Shown: positions 34,387-47,096 of the stretch, in pieces
Position numbering within the stretch: position 1 is the first letter of the stretch
Layout: the number at the start of each line of letters is the position of its first letter
Source: Phoronis australis
Taxonomy: Eukaryota; Animalia; Phoronida
Length of the DNA: 64,000 nt
Reading direction: 5' to 3'
NCBI GenBank assembly: GCA_002633005.1
Contig: NMRA01000014.1
Location: 87,150-151,149 of the forward strand
Notes under the pieces: model-generated
What the model was told of the DNA's origin: nothing
The model's input: only the letters and a program-made list of their open reading frames with translations
Databases searched by the model: none
Made by a program: the position numbers and the translations under genes

Positions 34387-37300
34387 ATACACTCCAGTTG
34401 TGCTCCTAGTCATGTCGAGTTCGTAGTTTGTTAACAATTGAAATGCAACACTGGCTAAATGTGTATGTATAGCCAAGTAATGCAAAAGTTTTGCACACTT
34501 ATCAAAGTAAGTGTCTTATTTGAAAGGATTAGTTCCACTGTTTGTAAAATGTCTTGTACAAAAGTATTGCTGCCATTTCAATGCTATTGTAAGCAGCAGG
34601 TTAGTTAATCAGTTTGGCTGCAGGCAATGCAAAAGTACTGAAAGTGTTATGGTGATTTCACCTACAGAAGAGGTTGTTGGTCACTTGTGAAACGACATTT
34701 TTGCTATGTGTTGATGTGAAGCTTGCATTTTTCATACCTGTGAATGTGATTTTGCGTTTGCAGGTAAGCGTTACATTAGGACGCATTTATGAACATTAAT
34801 GATAATTGGGATGGGAGCGTCCCAGAGGGAACAGGGCATCGGTGGCTACCAAATGGAGGAATGAAAAAACCTGTCTTGATCTGTGAAATTTAGAAAACCG
34901 TGAACTCTATAATTCCACAAGCATGAATAGTGACCCAATACTATTTCAGCCTGGGACAGATTGCGTCAGTGGGGACCTTGAAATGGGTCTTAACAACATG
35001 AGCATGCTCCTTCGTAAAACTTTGTTTTTAACTCCATTAATTAACTGAAATTCATAGGCAATCTCGTGTTTCTAGGAGACTGACTGATTTTTTGTTGCCT
35101 GGAATTGAGGGCATATTAACATACATATTTAGCAAAATTATGCAATATGAAGATAATGAATTCCTGTAGGAATTATTAAACGAGTATATATTTTTGATTG
35201 GTAACTTTTGTTAGCTTGTGTCATAGGTTGATTATTTAACCATGTACCATGAGGTTAGTGATTGCCACTAATTATATCCCTTTGGGATGAGCTCAGATTC
35301 ATACCCCTATTAGGCCAAAAAGCATAATTGGTCCAGGTCTCTGTTTTTGTTTTGAAAATCGTGTCAGTGACGTGTACTTTTACTTGGGTTTTACCCAGTA
35401 TCTTACTTGTCCATAAAGTTTTTTGGTGAAATGAAAATTCTCTTAGACTTTCTTTTGTCATGGAATTTGCTGGTTTGTTTTTGTTTCTTTGTTCCCATGG
35501 TTTGTTAATAGATCTTATTAAGCCATATCTGAGCCGTGCCATCCATTTCTTGCTCCATCTTACATTTCTTGAATTGCTTGAGGTTTTTTTATCAGATGAG
35601 TCTTCTTTCAATGACAAATTTCCTTGCTGGTCCATCACATTTGCACAATAGGTTGCATTTTTGTCAAAACGAAATTTACACACATTGTGTATCTCAGACA
35701 AAGCCCTAACATTGTTTTGGGGTGAAATTGGACACCAGGTGGTGCTGTGTTCACTTTTCTTAGAATAGTCCTTTGAAACTTTAATTTTGTGATCGTTTGA
35801 ATCAGTCTTCTCATATGTGATATGTAGATAGACCTTCTCAAGACCTTTTTATTGTGTGTTATCAGTTTCCTTCTGAGAATTGCCAACTTAGCTTTTTTGG
35901 CCTTATATGCTGCTGTTTTTGAGGAATTGTATTTGGGTTATGTCAGTTGCACTTCATCCAGAAAGCAGAGTGCATAATTATTTGTTGTTGATGAATTTTT
36001 GTAGTTATTGGTAGAATACCATGAAATAAAATCTCATTGAATGTTGTTACTAGTTATATTGTTTGTTGAAAAACAATGTTTTTATGCAGGACATGTTTCC
36101 GTTGATGTTTCAACTATACTTTGGGTTTAATGTCAAGCCTTGGGGTGCATCTTAAAGTCCTATCACAATTTTTTTTTAAATAATGTGCATGCACTTTAAA
36201 AAATATGATAGACATCATACATGCCGTAGACGGACCCTCTCATTTCCGGCCCGGAACTTTCGGGCCGCCTGTGCAGATACAATCGCGCTCTGCCCAATTC
36301 CCCGAGGCAACCTGTTGCCCCCCCCCCTCCTTATGGTATCCTAGATCCGCCAAAGTCCGTCTCTGAGCCATCACGTGCTATCAGTTTAGTTGAAGAACGA
36401 AAATTTATTGCGCAATATAACTAGAAAAAACATCAAGGAAGTGCAAGGACAATCTTCCGAAGTTAATGAGCAATGCGTTTTGATTTAAAGATTTTTAAAT
36501 TGCTATTTGGTCTCCTGTGAATTTAAACCGCTAACTTTGTTCCTAAATCAAACAATGATTCGTTGTTATTTGAATTGTGAATACATTTTTGGGACACCCT
36601 GTAAAAATCTCCGAACTTAAATACTTTTGAGAGTCATTTCAAACACCAAAGATCGTCTTGAGTATTTTGCTATTTGGGGAGCGGATGACAGATTTCCCTT
36701 TGGCAACTTCAGCCTGCAACTAAGTCATCAATTTTCACAAGATTAGCTTATAATAATCAACTCATCTATGAATCATTCGATTTTCGTAGATATCGTAAAT
36801 CAACAACCAAAGATTTTGTAGTTTATCAAAACAGAATATTATAAAGAATTTCCGATGGCATGCTCACAGACTCTGGACGGACATTAAGCGGGAACATAGG
36901 AGGCTGTGCATCCTACGGAGAAAAGTGTGGGGGCCAGCCAAGAATTCTCCGGATTTATTTGTGTTGACGTGATTTTTTGTTCATTCTAGAGGTAGCTATT
37001 ACGGTTTGTGAGTTAAACTTGAAATCCAAAAATCGCTGAAATCTTTGTTTATGATTGCAAGTACTTAAACGTAGTACGTTTGAAATGTACTTTGTACACG
37101 GTTATCAAAACGTACCCCCAGACAGTCTGTTCGACTTACAAACGATCTTCAGAAGAAATATAATTATTACACTATGCGAAAAAGTATCGACATTTTATCG
37201 TTATAAAACCATCGGAAATATTCATTTTGTGTAATTCACACGTGCTGACCTTTAAGTTCTTCAAATTTCCATCCTTTTGATGGCGTTATATGCTTTTTAT

Positions 37301-40300
37301 CCCATACGCGTTAAATCTTTCGAGAGAAATACGTCCATGTAATAATGTTTTCCTTCGGTCTCGGTCGATACGCAGAATAATGTCTCGTGGGATATTATTT
37401 TATGTACGCCACGCTCGGTATGCTTTGTGTATGTATTTTTCAAAACAATCTTTTTTGGTTGTTGGAGCCGCTGTGCTTTGTTGCACGAATTTGTTTCGTT
37501 CACTCGTGAACAGTTGACAGTGTCGGATTTATAGAAGGGAAAAGAGGCAATTTCCCCAGGTCCACCCATCTGACTGAGGCCCCCGTCTGAAAAGGGAGCC
37601 CTTTATATGAAAGGTTAGATATAATTAAAAATAGAAAAAAGCGACAGTTAATTTCATCATCGTGTGACCGCCAAAGAGATTACCGTCCTTAACACAAAAG
37701 GTCGTACGATTTCACAGAAACGGGAAATTAGAGGAGATCCATTCCATCATGATGCCCCTCTCCATAAGAAAAAGGGAAAAGGGTGGCTGCATAGATGCCA
37801 TCAAGGACCCCCTCCAAGGGCTGGGCACTTAGTTATGAAAGGATCTATAATTTCAAAAAAAAAACAGGAAATGAGCAGCAATTTATGCTATTGTCATCTG
37901 ATGATATACTATTTCGAGAAAAAAAAGGAAAAAAGCGACACAGATGACTCCGTTATCTCTTGCCAGAAAAGAGTCCCTGGAGAAATATGGTTTTGCATTC
38001 CCTAAAATTCTCTTCTTGAATTTAAAATGCAGTGAATTAATATGCTCTGCAACAGCTGTGCTTTAGAAATTTACTCGACTTTTTTTGAAATACATGTATG
38101 GATGATTAAGTGTGCGATTTCAAATACATTTAGCTGGAAAAAAATGGGGCCCCTAACAACATCACGACCAGGGACTTCAAAGGATATATCAAGCACTCGC
38201 AGTTGACAAACATTTTCTTGAATTTTCTCTCTTCTGGTTTGGTTGTTTTCGTTTTTCTTTTCTTGACATTCCCTGGCACCACGCCTATAGGGGTTGCCTG
38301 GGTTTAACACCGACACTTGAAAATTATTGGGGGCATGTGCCTGACACAACGACGCATCCGATGTCAAACACAGCACGAAGTGCGACGTAAATAAAGCATG
38401 CGCGCACCCAGCCTAAAAATGGGGGGCTCGAATTTTGAGAATGACCTTTTACGAAGATTCACGGGTTACGTTCAAGCTATGAATTGTACATCACCGAATT
38501 TTGGTAATTCCTGCCTCTTTAGTGGTCTTTTGTCTAGTTTTCTACTTTTCTTCGGAGTTTTTGTTCCTCTGAGGCGGACCTGTTTGCCCACTTCGTGCCC
38601 CGGGTGCGCGCATGTAAAGCTCAGTGGCCTGATATGATTGGGGCCGCACTAAACGTCGCTTTCGGAGTGCGCATGCGTGAGTGATTAGAAACAGGGGAAG
38701 TTTAATTAATTTGGAAATTTATCTAAAGTAATAATTTGGCCAAAAGTGCCCGGCCTTAATTTTACCGAATGTCCCAGCAGACAAATGCTTAAAATTGGCG
38801 ATTTGTAATAAAATCAAAAACAATGTATTTTGTTTTATAGCTCAACAAGCAGCTAATACCAACAATCCCCATAAGAGTTTTTCGGCCGTAAAACCATAAT
38901 TTCCTGTTAATGGTTGTCATATTGAACGTGCAAAATGTACAGCTCTGTCCCCTTGGGAACACGCCTAGTGCTCATTCGATACGAAGTTCGTCCATTTCCG
39001 TGTGACATAATCATGTACATTACTACATACAATAATATCAGCATTTGCAACGTATTTGAAAGGTTTTAATATTTTGGAATAAATTAAAATACTTAGGTTA
39101 TTCCGTCAAACTCCGATGTTATGTGGATAGGCACTGACATCTTGCCAATCGTCTCCATCGCATCGCCCGTTCAATGTATTCGAAATACGTCTTAAATCGT
39201 TGAGTTTGCACACTTCGAACTGAGAACCAATACTTCGTATGTCACTACGATGACAGTGTTGCGGTACATGATCTATATTTAGGTTACAATAAGGAGAGAT
39301 TACATATCACAAAAGTATTATACCCCCTGCGTTTGACAATAGCGTGCAGATGGTGACTAGGCCAAACTTCACTCTGAGAATTGGTGCAGTGAAAGCAGGA
39401 TGCCGTGAAAATGTTCAATCGTTCTGGCTTTCAAGGTAAGAGTGATACGATCGGTTAAAAAATGTGCCACCTTGAAAACTGGTTTCCTCCAAGTTTAAAG
39501 AAGTGGAAAGGAGCTCTAGTATGCCTATAACATTAAATTCGCCGATTGATCGTTTGACTACAGCGTGCAGTGAAATTAGTGGTGAATAGTTACAGTGGAG
39601 GAAATTTCACTACGCCTGTATTGCTCATTGAAATTCCGTTTGACAAGACGAGGGTCCGATTTGTCGACAAAAAGACGTTTTTCAAGCTTAACTTATAATA
39701 TAAGCATTGGAACGTCGTACGGAAAATGCCGATTTTGTTTCGAGTGAGCATGCTTGGGGGTGAAGTCAGTAGGCGCCTATTTAATGTTGTTCATTTGGTG
39801 CTTTCTGCAGGAAGGCGACAGTATTGAAAATTTGAACAGATTTACATTCCCTGAAATTGATAACTGGAACCAGCGAGGCGTGGCACTAAGAGTTTAAGTC
39901 TTAGATAGCATCTACACTAAACATGGGGAGTGAGGCTCTGCTTTTGACGCCCGTGCTACCATGGAACTCTAAGACGTCCTGGAGATCGATCTCAGGGGAT
40001 GATCCAGGATTTTGAGTTAGGGGGGAGGGAGCCTGGGCAGAGTATTAGCCAGGAGTTGCCCGCCGACAGAAATGCCTTGGGCAATCAAAGCGTTAACCTA
40101 GCACCGCGAAGTTATGTTTTAAATGGCACTTGGCCACGTGCGTAACTAATAGTATCCACGAAAGCACGAGATGTCATATTCTCTCCTGATTACACAATCG
40201 ACTATTTGTGAGCGATTTGCGTGTCAATTATTTCCAGTATCCGCGAAACCCTTTCTATGACTATTAATTAATTAAACATTGGACTGCTTAAACGATCTCA

Positions 40301-42509
40301 TATTAAACTAATTATAATCCAACATGTACCAAAAGCCGTGTGGGTAGATCTATGTATCATTGCTTCAACGTCTAAACAATCGCAAGGTACTGTTCGTACA
40401 CGAATGTCGATCATAACAACACTCTTAATCGCTGCCAATGCGTGGCCTTTATTACCTCATGACAAAATTATTTACTTATTTTAATTTCAATTACACACAA
40501 AACTCTAATAACCTGTTTGATTTGAAATTGAAATTAGGTTGAGGCTGAGTTCTTTTTCGTTTTAGACGAAAATTTTACTCGTACCTTTGAATGTTTTCAA
40601 ATATTCTTATCAGCAATCGTTCTCAAAAATTTTCTTGACATATTTTCCAGTTTAAGACAACAAAAGAAAACTGCAAAGTCTCATTGCCATACATGTTTGG
40701 GTTGAAACTGAAATTACGTTAAAGAGAAAAACACATTTGGTCAGTTGTGACAATATGAATAAATCAGGCGGACGCTTGCCGACTGCAATGTTTTACTTTT
40801 GTAAAACGATATCATTTTCATATCAGATGGAACACTTTCTTATTGTTTTCTTATAACGAGGCACTCTGCTACTTAAAATTTGGCGCGTTATTCTAGAGAT
40901 CATGGGACGTGCAAAACGATGAATTTGCCATTCACCACTTTGTAAATTATGGCGTTTCAAACCTTGTTTACAGTTGCTTTCGTTCTTTTAAAAAAGAAAT
41001 AGGCAGGTGGCCTGGTGCCTTTTGCAGTGCACCAGGCGCGCTTAAGCCACACAATTGGGCCCATTGCACTAATCAACACATAAGAACTCAAGAGGATCCC
41101 TCGGGGTTCCTTGTGAGTAAAGTCTCCTAATCTTCCCGTTTCCCCCAGGAAATAAGAAATACTATTGAACCTGCAAGATCTGGAGATTTTTACCTGGAAA
41201 GTTGTATGTCCACATAACAGAAGATTGCGAAGACCCAAACAAGCAAGATAAATTAAGTATCTTTTTTCAGCTTTAGGAAACACGAGACCTTGACTGAAAT
41301 TGATGCTGGCTGCCGTTTTTAGTCGGGGTACAGGCCACATATGAAACAATAATAACATAGTATTCTACACATCGAAAATACAATTTAATCAGTCCATTAA
41401 ACAATTATATTATAATTGTATGTCATCATGTATTGATGAAGTTCTAGCATTCTATTCTTGTTGACGGAAAGTTGTTTTCATCGATACCTGCCACTTGATT
41501 TGCAGCCAACTTGTTTTGCAGCAACTTTTCCTGATAAAGTACTCGAGCGTCCAAAATGTAAATAGGGAACCAGGGATTTCGCACTAATTCTGTGTACTTA
41601 GTGAACTTTCGGTTGGATGGATTCTTAGCTCGATGGTCCCATGCTCTTGACTCTTTATCATTTCCACGCGACACCGATGGTAAGCTGAAATGGTAAGGCA
41701 ATACATAAACATGGAAAGGACTTAATACAGTAGTCTGCTTCATGCTATGCAATTTAACTTCTCTCGCCTTTGAGTGATACCAGTAGCCCTTGAAGAGACG
41801 AAAAGATCTTAGGTTCCGGGATTGTACGAGTTTTGAGCCTCACAGTACTTGGAACACATCGCCAGCCAATGGGGTACGGTTATCACGTACGGACGAACAC
41901 AAGAAAAAAGCAACAGAAAAGAGAAAGAAATGTAGCACTTGCCCTAAGCACAGTCCGTAATCTGAGCTTATGGTCCTCGGCTCTTCTGAAGGACTGCTAC
42001 CCCCCCCCCGCCAGCTTCTAAACTTAGTCATGGTCCTTCTTACTGTCCATTTGGCTCCTGTGTTGATTCAAGTCAACCATGCCAGGTGTCAACAATCGAC
42101 CGCAACACGGATGAAGTACATGACAACAATCCTAGTGTCAGGTGTATGAGTGACCACTACCTTCGAACTAAACGATTAGAAACCTCCAAAATGCGCCCAG
42201 TCTGTTGACAAATACATAAAGCTAAAATGTTGTTGACATCTGCCAGCTAGCAGTGGAAAAGGGCCTTAGGCTCACAGCAAAAACAATTTGGCGCACTGAA
42301 ATTTTAGAATTATTTTCTTCTTGCAAGTAAAATCCTTCGTGCTAAAATAAATGGTTTTGATCAAATTGAAAAATGCATCACAACAGCGTTTAATCCTCTT
42401 GGTTGCAATAGTTCATGCTCCTTTATCTTCGGTGATCACTTGTTTGAGGTATTTCCAATGCTGAGGAATTGCATAGCACTTTCGCGGTAATCACGTCTCT
42501 TGCACTTAT

Positions 42510-43068
42510 CAAAACGCCCGTTCATGAGTTTTTTTTGCATGAACGCAAAAATTGCGGAATATTTAGCTGTGTTCACTCGAGTAAAAAATTTGCGGAAAAA
42601 TTCCATAGTAGACCTAATCTCACATGAACGGGCCTTTTTGCGGATCCCCCCTGGCTGTCGACAAAGAATAAATAGTAAAAATGACTCGGAAATTTTAAGC
42701 ATTTATTGTGTTTGCGGAAATCGTGAACGTGTTCTTTCGTGTGTGTGTGTGTGTGTGCGTGTGCGTGTGTGTAGCGAAGAGAAGAAGGCGCAGATATCAC
42801 AAAATGAAAAATGTTTGGCCCCCTCATGATATCCTAGGCCCGCTACTGGAGGTAATAATTCCACAATTTCCCATCCTCATGTTTTACGGTAGAGAGCGAC
42901 TTACATGAGTGGAATATTCAACTTATGATGTGCGATAATTAGTTATTGTATTTGGTCTTATGCTTGTCAATAATAAAAAATCCGCAATTTTTGCGTTTAT
43001 GTGAAAAATTCCTGATATTCAGGAAAAAATCCGCAAAGGCGCGCATTAACGGTCTATAAGTAAATGGA
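42510..43068. mobile_element. MITE-like inverted-repeat element with internal (GT)n, upstream of the insulin-like promoter
   Basis: TTTTTGCATGAACGCAAAAATTGCGGA (about 42532-42558) is inverted to TCCGCAATTTTTGCGTTTATGTGAAAAA (about 42981-43008). A second inverted pair is TAGACC...CCTTTTTGCGGAT and ATCCGCAAAGGC...GGTCTA. (GT)n at 42739-42772. Confidence 0.5.
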
Positions 43069-43400
43069 GCTTTTAACAGATGTCACCGACGGCAATTATT
43101 GTGCGAAACACGCCTAAAGAACGTTTAGTCCGTCTTTAGCGTTTGATAACTTCAGAACTAACGGCTAAATAAAAACCTGTTGACAAAAATTGTCAAATCG
43201 ACGTTTCGGTTTATGCACTAAGTCATTTACAAAAAAAGAGTCAGTTTTTCATAACATTCGTAACAAGCGTCCGGAAATTCATTTGCTTTCGTCACGTTTG
43301 GTATTCACATTTTAGCACCAAATGGTCAAGAATGCCATGAAGGGTTATATTTCACGTTGTTAGAACAGTGTCATCTTACATTACAAGCAATTTATGTCTC

Positions 43401-43539
43401 AGACGTCATAACTACCCTATGATTACGGTATAAAGCCGAAAGCCTTAAATCGGCTTATTAGTTGGAGTGACGAAAGGGAGCTTGTTTGTCGTTGGTTGCT
43501 CACTGGAAACAACCCAAAAGGACAGCGGTCTTCATCCAG
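43401..43539 (+). promoter_or_regulatory. Core promoter and non-coding exon 1 of the insulin-like gene
   Basis: CRE-like AGACGTCA 43401-43408, TATAAA 43429-43434, Inr-like TTAGTT 43458-43463 about 30 nt downstream, and donor CAG|GTAAGA at 43539/43540. The acceptor TTTCAG at 44105 lies 8 nt before the ATG. Confidence 0.7.
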
Positions 43540-44113
43540 GTAAGAGACTTTTCCAAATAATTTTGAAACAACGAGGACTAACTAAGTTACGCAAAATGTT
43601 TATGAGAACAAATATTATTTCGAACATAGATGCAAAATTGGTTTGAAGATGCACATCTACAATAAGAAACTTGCAAGGCAGAAAGCATTACGGAGTGTGT
43701 GCACGACTTTCCGCTAACAAACGTTTCATATCTTCCTTTCCAGTATCACACAATCTCTTATTAAATAGGTGCAATAATTAAGGTCGTGCCTGTCGACAAA
43801 AACAACTCAGGACTTAGGCAAGTTGCCGTTATATAACTCGGTAGAACCCTGCTAAAAAGCAAGACCTCGTGAGATTAACCGAGCTATTAGCGTGTATTTT
43901 CATCGAGAGAATGTGATTTTGGCCCGATTTTTGTAGCCGCTCAAGTATACTATGGTTTAAGCAGGTGAGGAACAATTATGTCAGTTCAATTTCGATCCCG
44001 CGCGGTCCCTGCCCCTCCCCCCTTCACTGCAACAAATTCAATTCAAACAAGGAGCATGGGCCGTGCACCATACTTCAAGAGATGAACTATTTAATAACTT
44101 TTCAGCGTTAAGC

Positions 44114-46184
44114 ATGTGTTCGAGAGTGACATGGGTCATCACAGTGTGTCTAGCCTCTTACATCACGACTGCCAGAGGGGGGTATGAAAGAACGTGCAAC
44201 TTAGAGACACAGTACGAAATACCGCGTGGCAAGTTGTGTAGTAGAAGATTACCGAACTTGTTGCGTACAATCTGCAAGGGTCGCTATTACGGCCTGAGCA
44301 AAAGGATTGATACCACCAATGGAATTGAAAAGAGAGGTAGGCCGCTTCTTGTGTTGCACTGTCCTCAAATAATTTTATTTGAATATAACTTATGAGGGTG
44401 TTCAAGCACAGTATGGCAGGGCTAAACCAATTTTATCACACCGTTTTTCGTCAGTCGGCAGACAGTGGGTTAACAGACAAACTTGCACGGCGGATTTTAT
44501 CGCAGATGCACGGAATATTTTCAAAATAGCCACCATTAAGCGTCAAAGGTTGTGAAAATCTAGTACTTGAAAGTATCATTCAAATCGCACACGGCACGCA
44601 TACATCGATCCCGTTAAAAAGGGCCGAAATTTGCACAACTTAGGTTTTCGATTGAACCAACGAGACGGACCGTGAGAAAATTTTGTATTTTGAAATAATA
44701 TAACATTTCATGTTCCGGAAAACACGGGTCACCGATTCCCCAGCGATCAGTTTGGCCCTTTACGTTATTGCTATAACACTCAAGAAAATTGTGTTATTTT
44801 CCAAGACTTGTTTGGCCTGATCTATTCCTGTCAAATGATTACATACCACAAATGCAATATAATTAGAGAACCTTGAAAAGCACGAAAAAGGCCACGACTT
44901 ATCCGAGTGACTATTTGTCGTTACATGAGCGGCATTATGGCAGTGTATATTAATTACCACATAATCGATGTAATTTGTTAAGTTCAGCTTAAGGCATGTA
45001 AATGTCACGACAGATTTCGCTTGGAGCGACGAGATAAGCGAAAACGACGACTAAAAAACGGCGACGTAACCGCGAACCTTTACACGTGAATGAATAGACG
45101 TTTATTGGAGACCAAGAAAAAGTGACCACTTGTACAGACTGACGAGTTAGTATGCGATGACGAGTGAAGCGAGGTCGCTTGTACAAAACCGGTGAGCACA
45201 GTCAACCCTGACAGCTTCATACAAAATTTAAAGGTGGTCTCGTGGAAACTCATGGGGGAAGTCTATAGGGAAGGAACGCTCATAAGGCCACTAACGTTCA
45301 ATTATCCTACAGAAACATAAGCTGATCATTGGTACAATTAACTCTATTCCTTTATAGTGTATGTAGGTGCGTGTGTGATATATGGTCAAAAGATACACTG
45401 GGCAAATCTTTTTTTTTAATTTTAAAAACGGCTAAGTTCTGTCACAGAAACTAACATTTGATTGAGATAACATACCGATCTCATCTTGCTCCTAACATTT
45501 GATTGAGATGACATACCGATCTCATCTTGCTCCTAACATTTGATTGAGATGACATACCGATCTCATCTTGCTCCTAACTCAGATGGGAAGTTGTTTCCGG
45601 TCTTAGAGAAATAACATCACGCCGACTTCGAGAAGCCCAAACTTAGAGGAACCAAGTGTCAAGCAATAATGGGTGCCCTTTTCGCTAAAAACAACCAGAG
45701 ACCAATTTCAGAATAGTAAGTGATCTAAATCCAGTTAGTTGTGATGTCTAAACACTGCCTTCACTGTAACGCAGGTAGGCCTATCAGTTCTTTTTGGACT
45801 ACGGCAACTACACACCACTGAAAACGTTTGTGATGTTGTAACTACTGGACTAAATAGACGATTACATCGTATTTTGCAGACTCAGAAAATCTAGAAGTAA
45901 TTCCTTCACTAGAAGAGATATTCCTGAGCAAAAGAGACGCTTCGGTGTTTTTATTACAAAGGAATACGCGGAACCGATGGTCGGGACATCACGGAGCGAC
46001 CAGGGGTATAGTATGTGAGTGTTGTTATAACCAATGTAATTATCGAGAACTTCATCAGTACTGCAAACTAAAAAAAAGGTCGACCCCAAATGACAATCTG
46101 TCTTCTGAGAAAGTATTAAAGCATATTTTACTAAGACTGGAGTCGAGAATTACATCACAAGGAAAAAATGTAAAGAAACGATAA
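44114..46184 (+). CDS. Insulin-like peptide precursor, molluscan insulin-related peptide (MIP)/dilp7 type; 2 coding exons, 175 aa
   Basis: Exons 44114-44336 and 45880-46184, with a phase-1 intron in the C-peptide as is typical of insulin genes. Signal peptide MCSRVTWVITVCLASYITTARG; B chain GYERTC...LCSRRLPNLLRTICKGRYYGLS-KR; C region with KR sites and IFLSKRDASVFL; A chain GIVCECCYNQCNYRELHQYC (CC-x3-C-x8-C plus an extra Cys). Three B-chain plus five A-chain cysteines give the 8-Cys MIP pattern. Confidence 0.93.
45450..45578. repeat. Tandem repeat, about 41-bp unit x3, in the insulin-gene intron
   Basis: Unit CTAACATTTGATTGAGATGACATACCGATCTCATCTTGCTC. Confidence 0.9.
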
Positions 46185-47096
46185 CAGGAAGCAATAAGAC
46201 GTCATGGAGAAGAGGAATGGACATTGGGGTAATGCGTAGGTGTTGTGCAGGGCAAGCTGACTCAAGTCAGAGCATGAAGTGGCAAACCCTGCACCCCCAC
46301 CATCAGAGTCACGTGACTGGGTTTGCTACAATAAAATGGAGGAAACCAGGAATTTGAATTCATGCCTACATCAAAACGTGAACCTAAGGCAGTTGCATGC
46401 ACCAAAACAAAGGGTACAGTGCACTATAGCTAACAATGTCACCTGGATTGATGTCAAACATTTTCAAGTACAGCTGTTAAAATGTAATGAATCTTTTGTC
46501 TTGGGCCATTAAAAATAGGTTAATGATCAAAGTAAACTTGTTTGTTTATTAGCAACCCAACATATCACATACATTTATGATATATTTGACAAACATGTAC
46601 TGACATCTGCCAATTCATAAATCAAAACCACTAGCACATCTACTATGAACCATGCCACAGATTTTTAATATAACTTTGCAATAGTAGCACACTAACTAAA
46701 CATCAGACGTCATCAAAATCTTTGATGGGAAGCTAATAAAATACCAAGTCTGATTATTATTACATAATAATGCTGATTACCTAGTTGGTTTTGTAATCAT
46801 CTTATAGTTCATTAATTTTTCTTAATAAAACATTTGATGGTATAATTAATTCATATGAGCAACACTATTTAACAAATGAATGTTACGATATTTACAAGAT
46901 AACTTTAACTGTCTACATCAGCATGTAACTACCCACTGCCTGCCTACCTGTAGTAAATCACCTCCTGCCCATCTAAAGTCAAACACGTCAAAAGTAACAC
47001 CTTTATTCCAAAAGAAGGATGCTTCACCACAGGTTTTATTACAATCAATAAAGACAAAATAAGAGTAATGATGCAGGTGCTTATCTGTCAACACTG

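Noticed and set aside
41444-41752. Minus-strand ORF and an overlapping-frame CCKTSW motif faintly like an insulin A chain (possible paralogous pseudogene)
   Set aside because: Third and fourth cysteines are missing, frameshifts would be needed, and no B chain or signal peptide was found.
36200-42400. Possible additional gene between mitofusin and the insulin-like gene
   Set aside because: Only short ORFs without recognisable motifs, isolated splice-like sites and fragments of GC-rich MITE-like ends; no consistent exon chain.
45583-45716. Possible extra C-peptide exon in the insulin-like gene (CTCAG acceptor, GTAAG donor)
   Set aside because: The required phase hits a stop after DGKLFPVLEK and the other frames also stop; exons 44336 and 45880 already join in frame.
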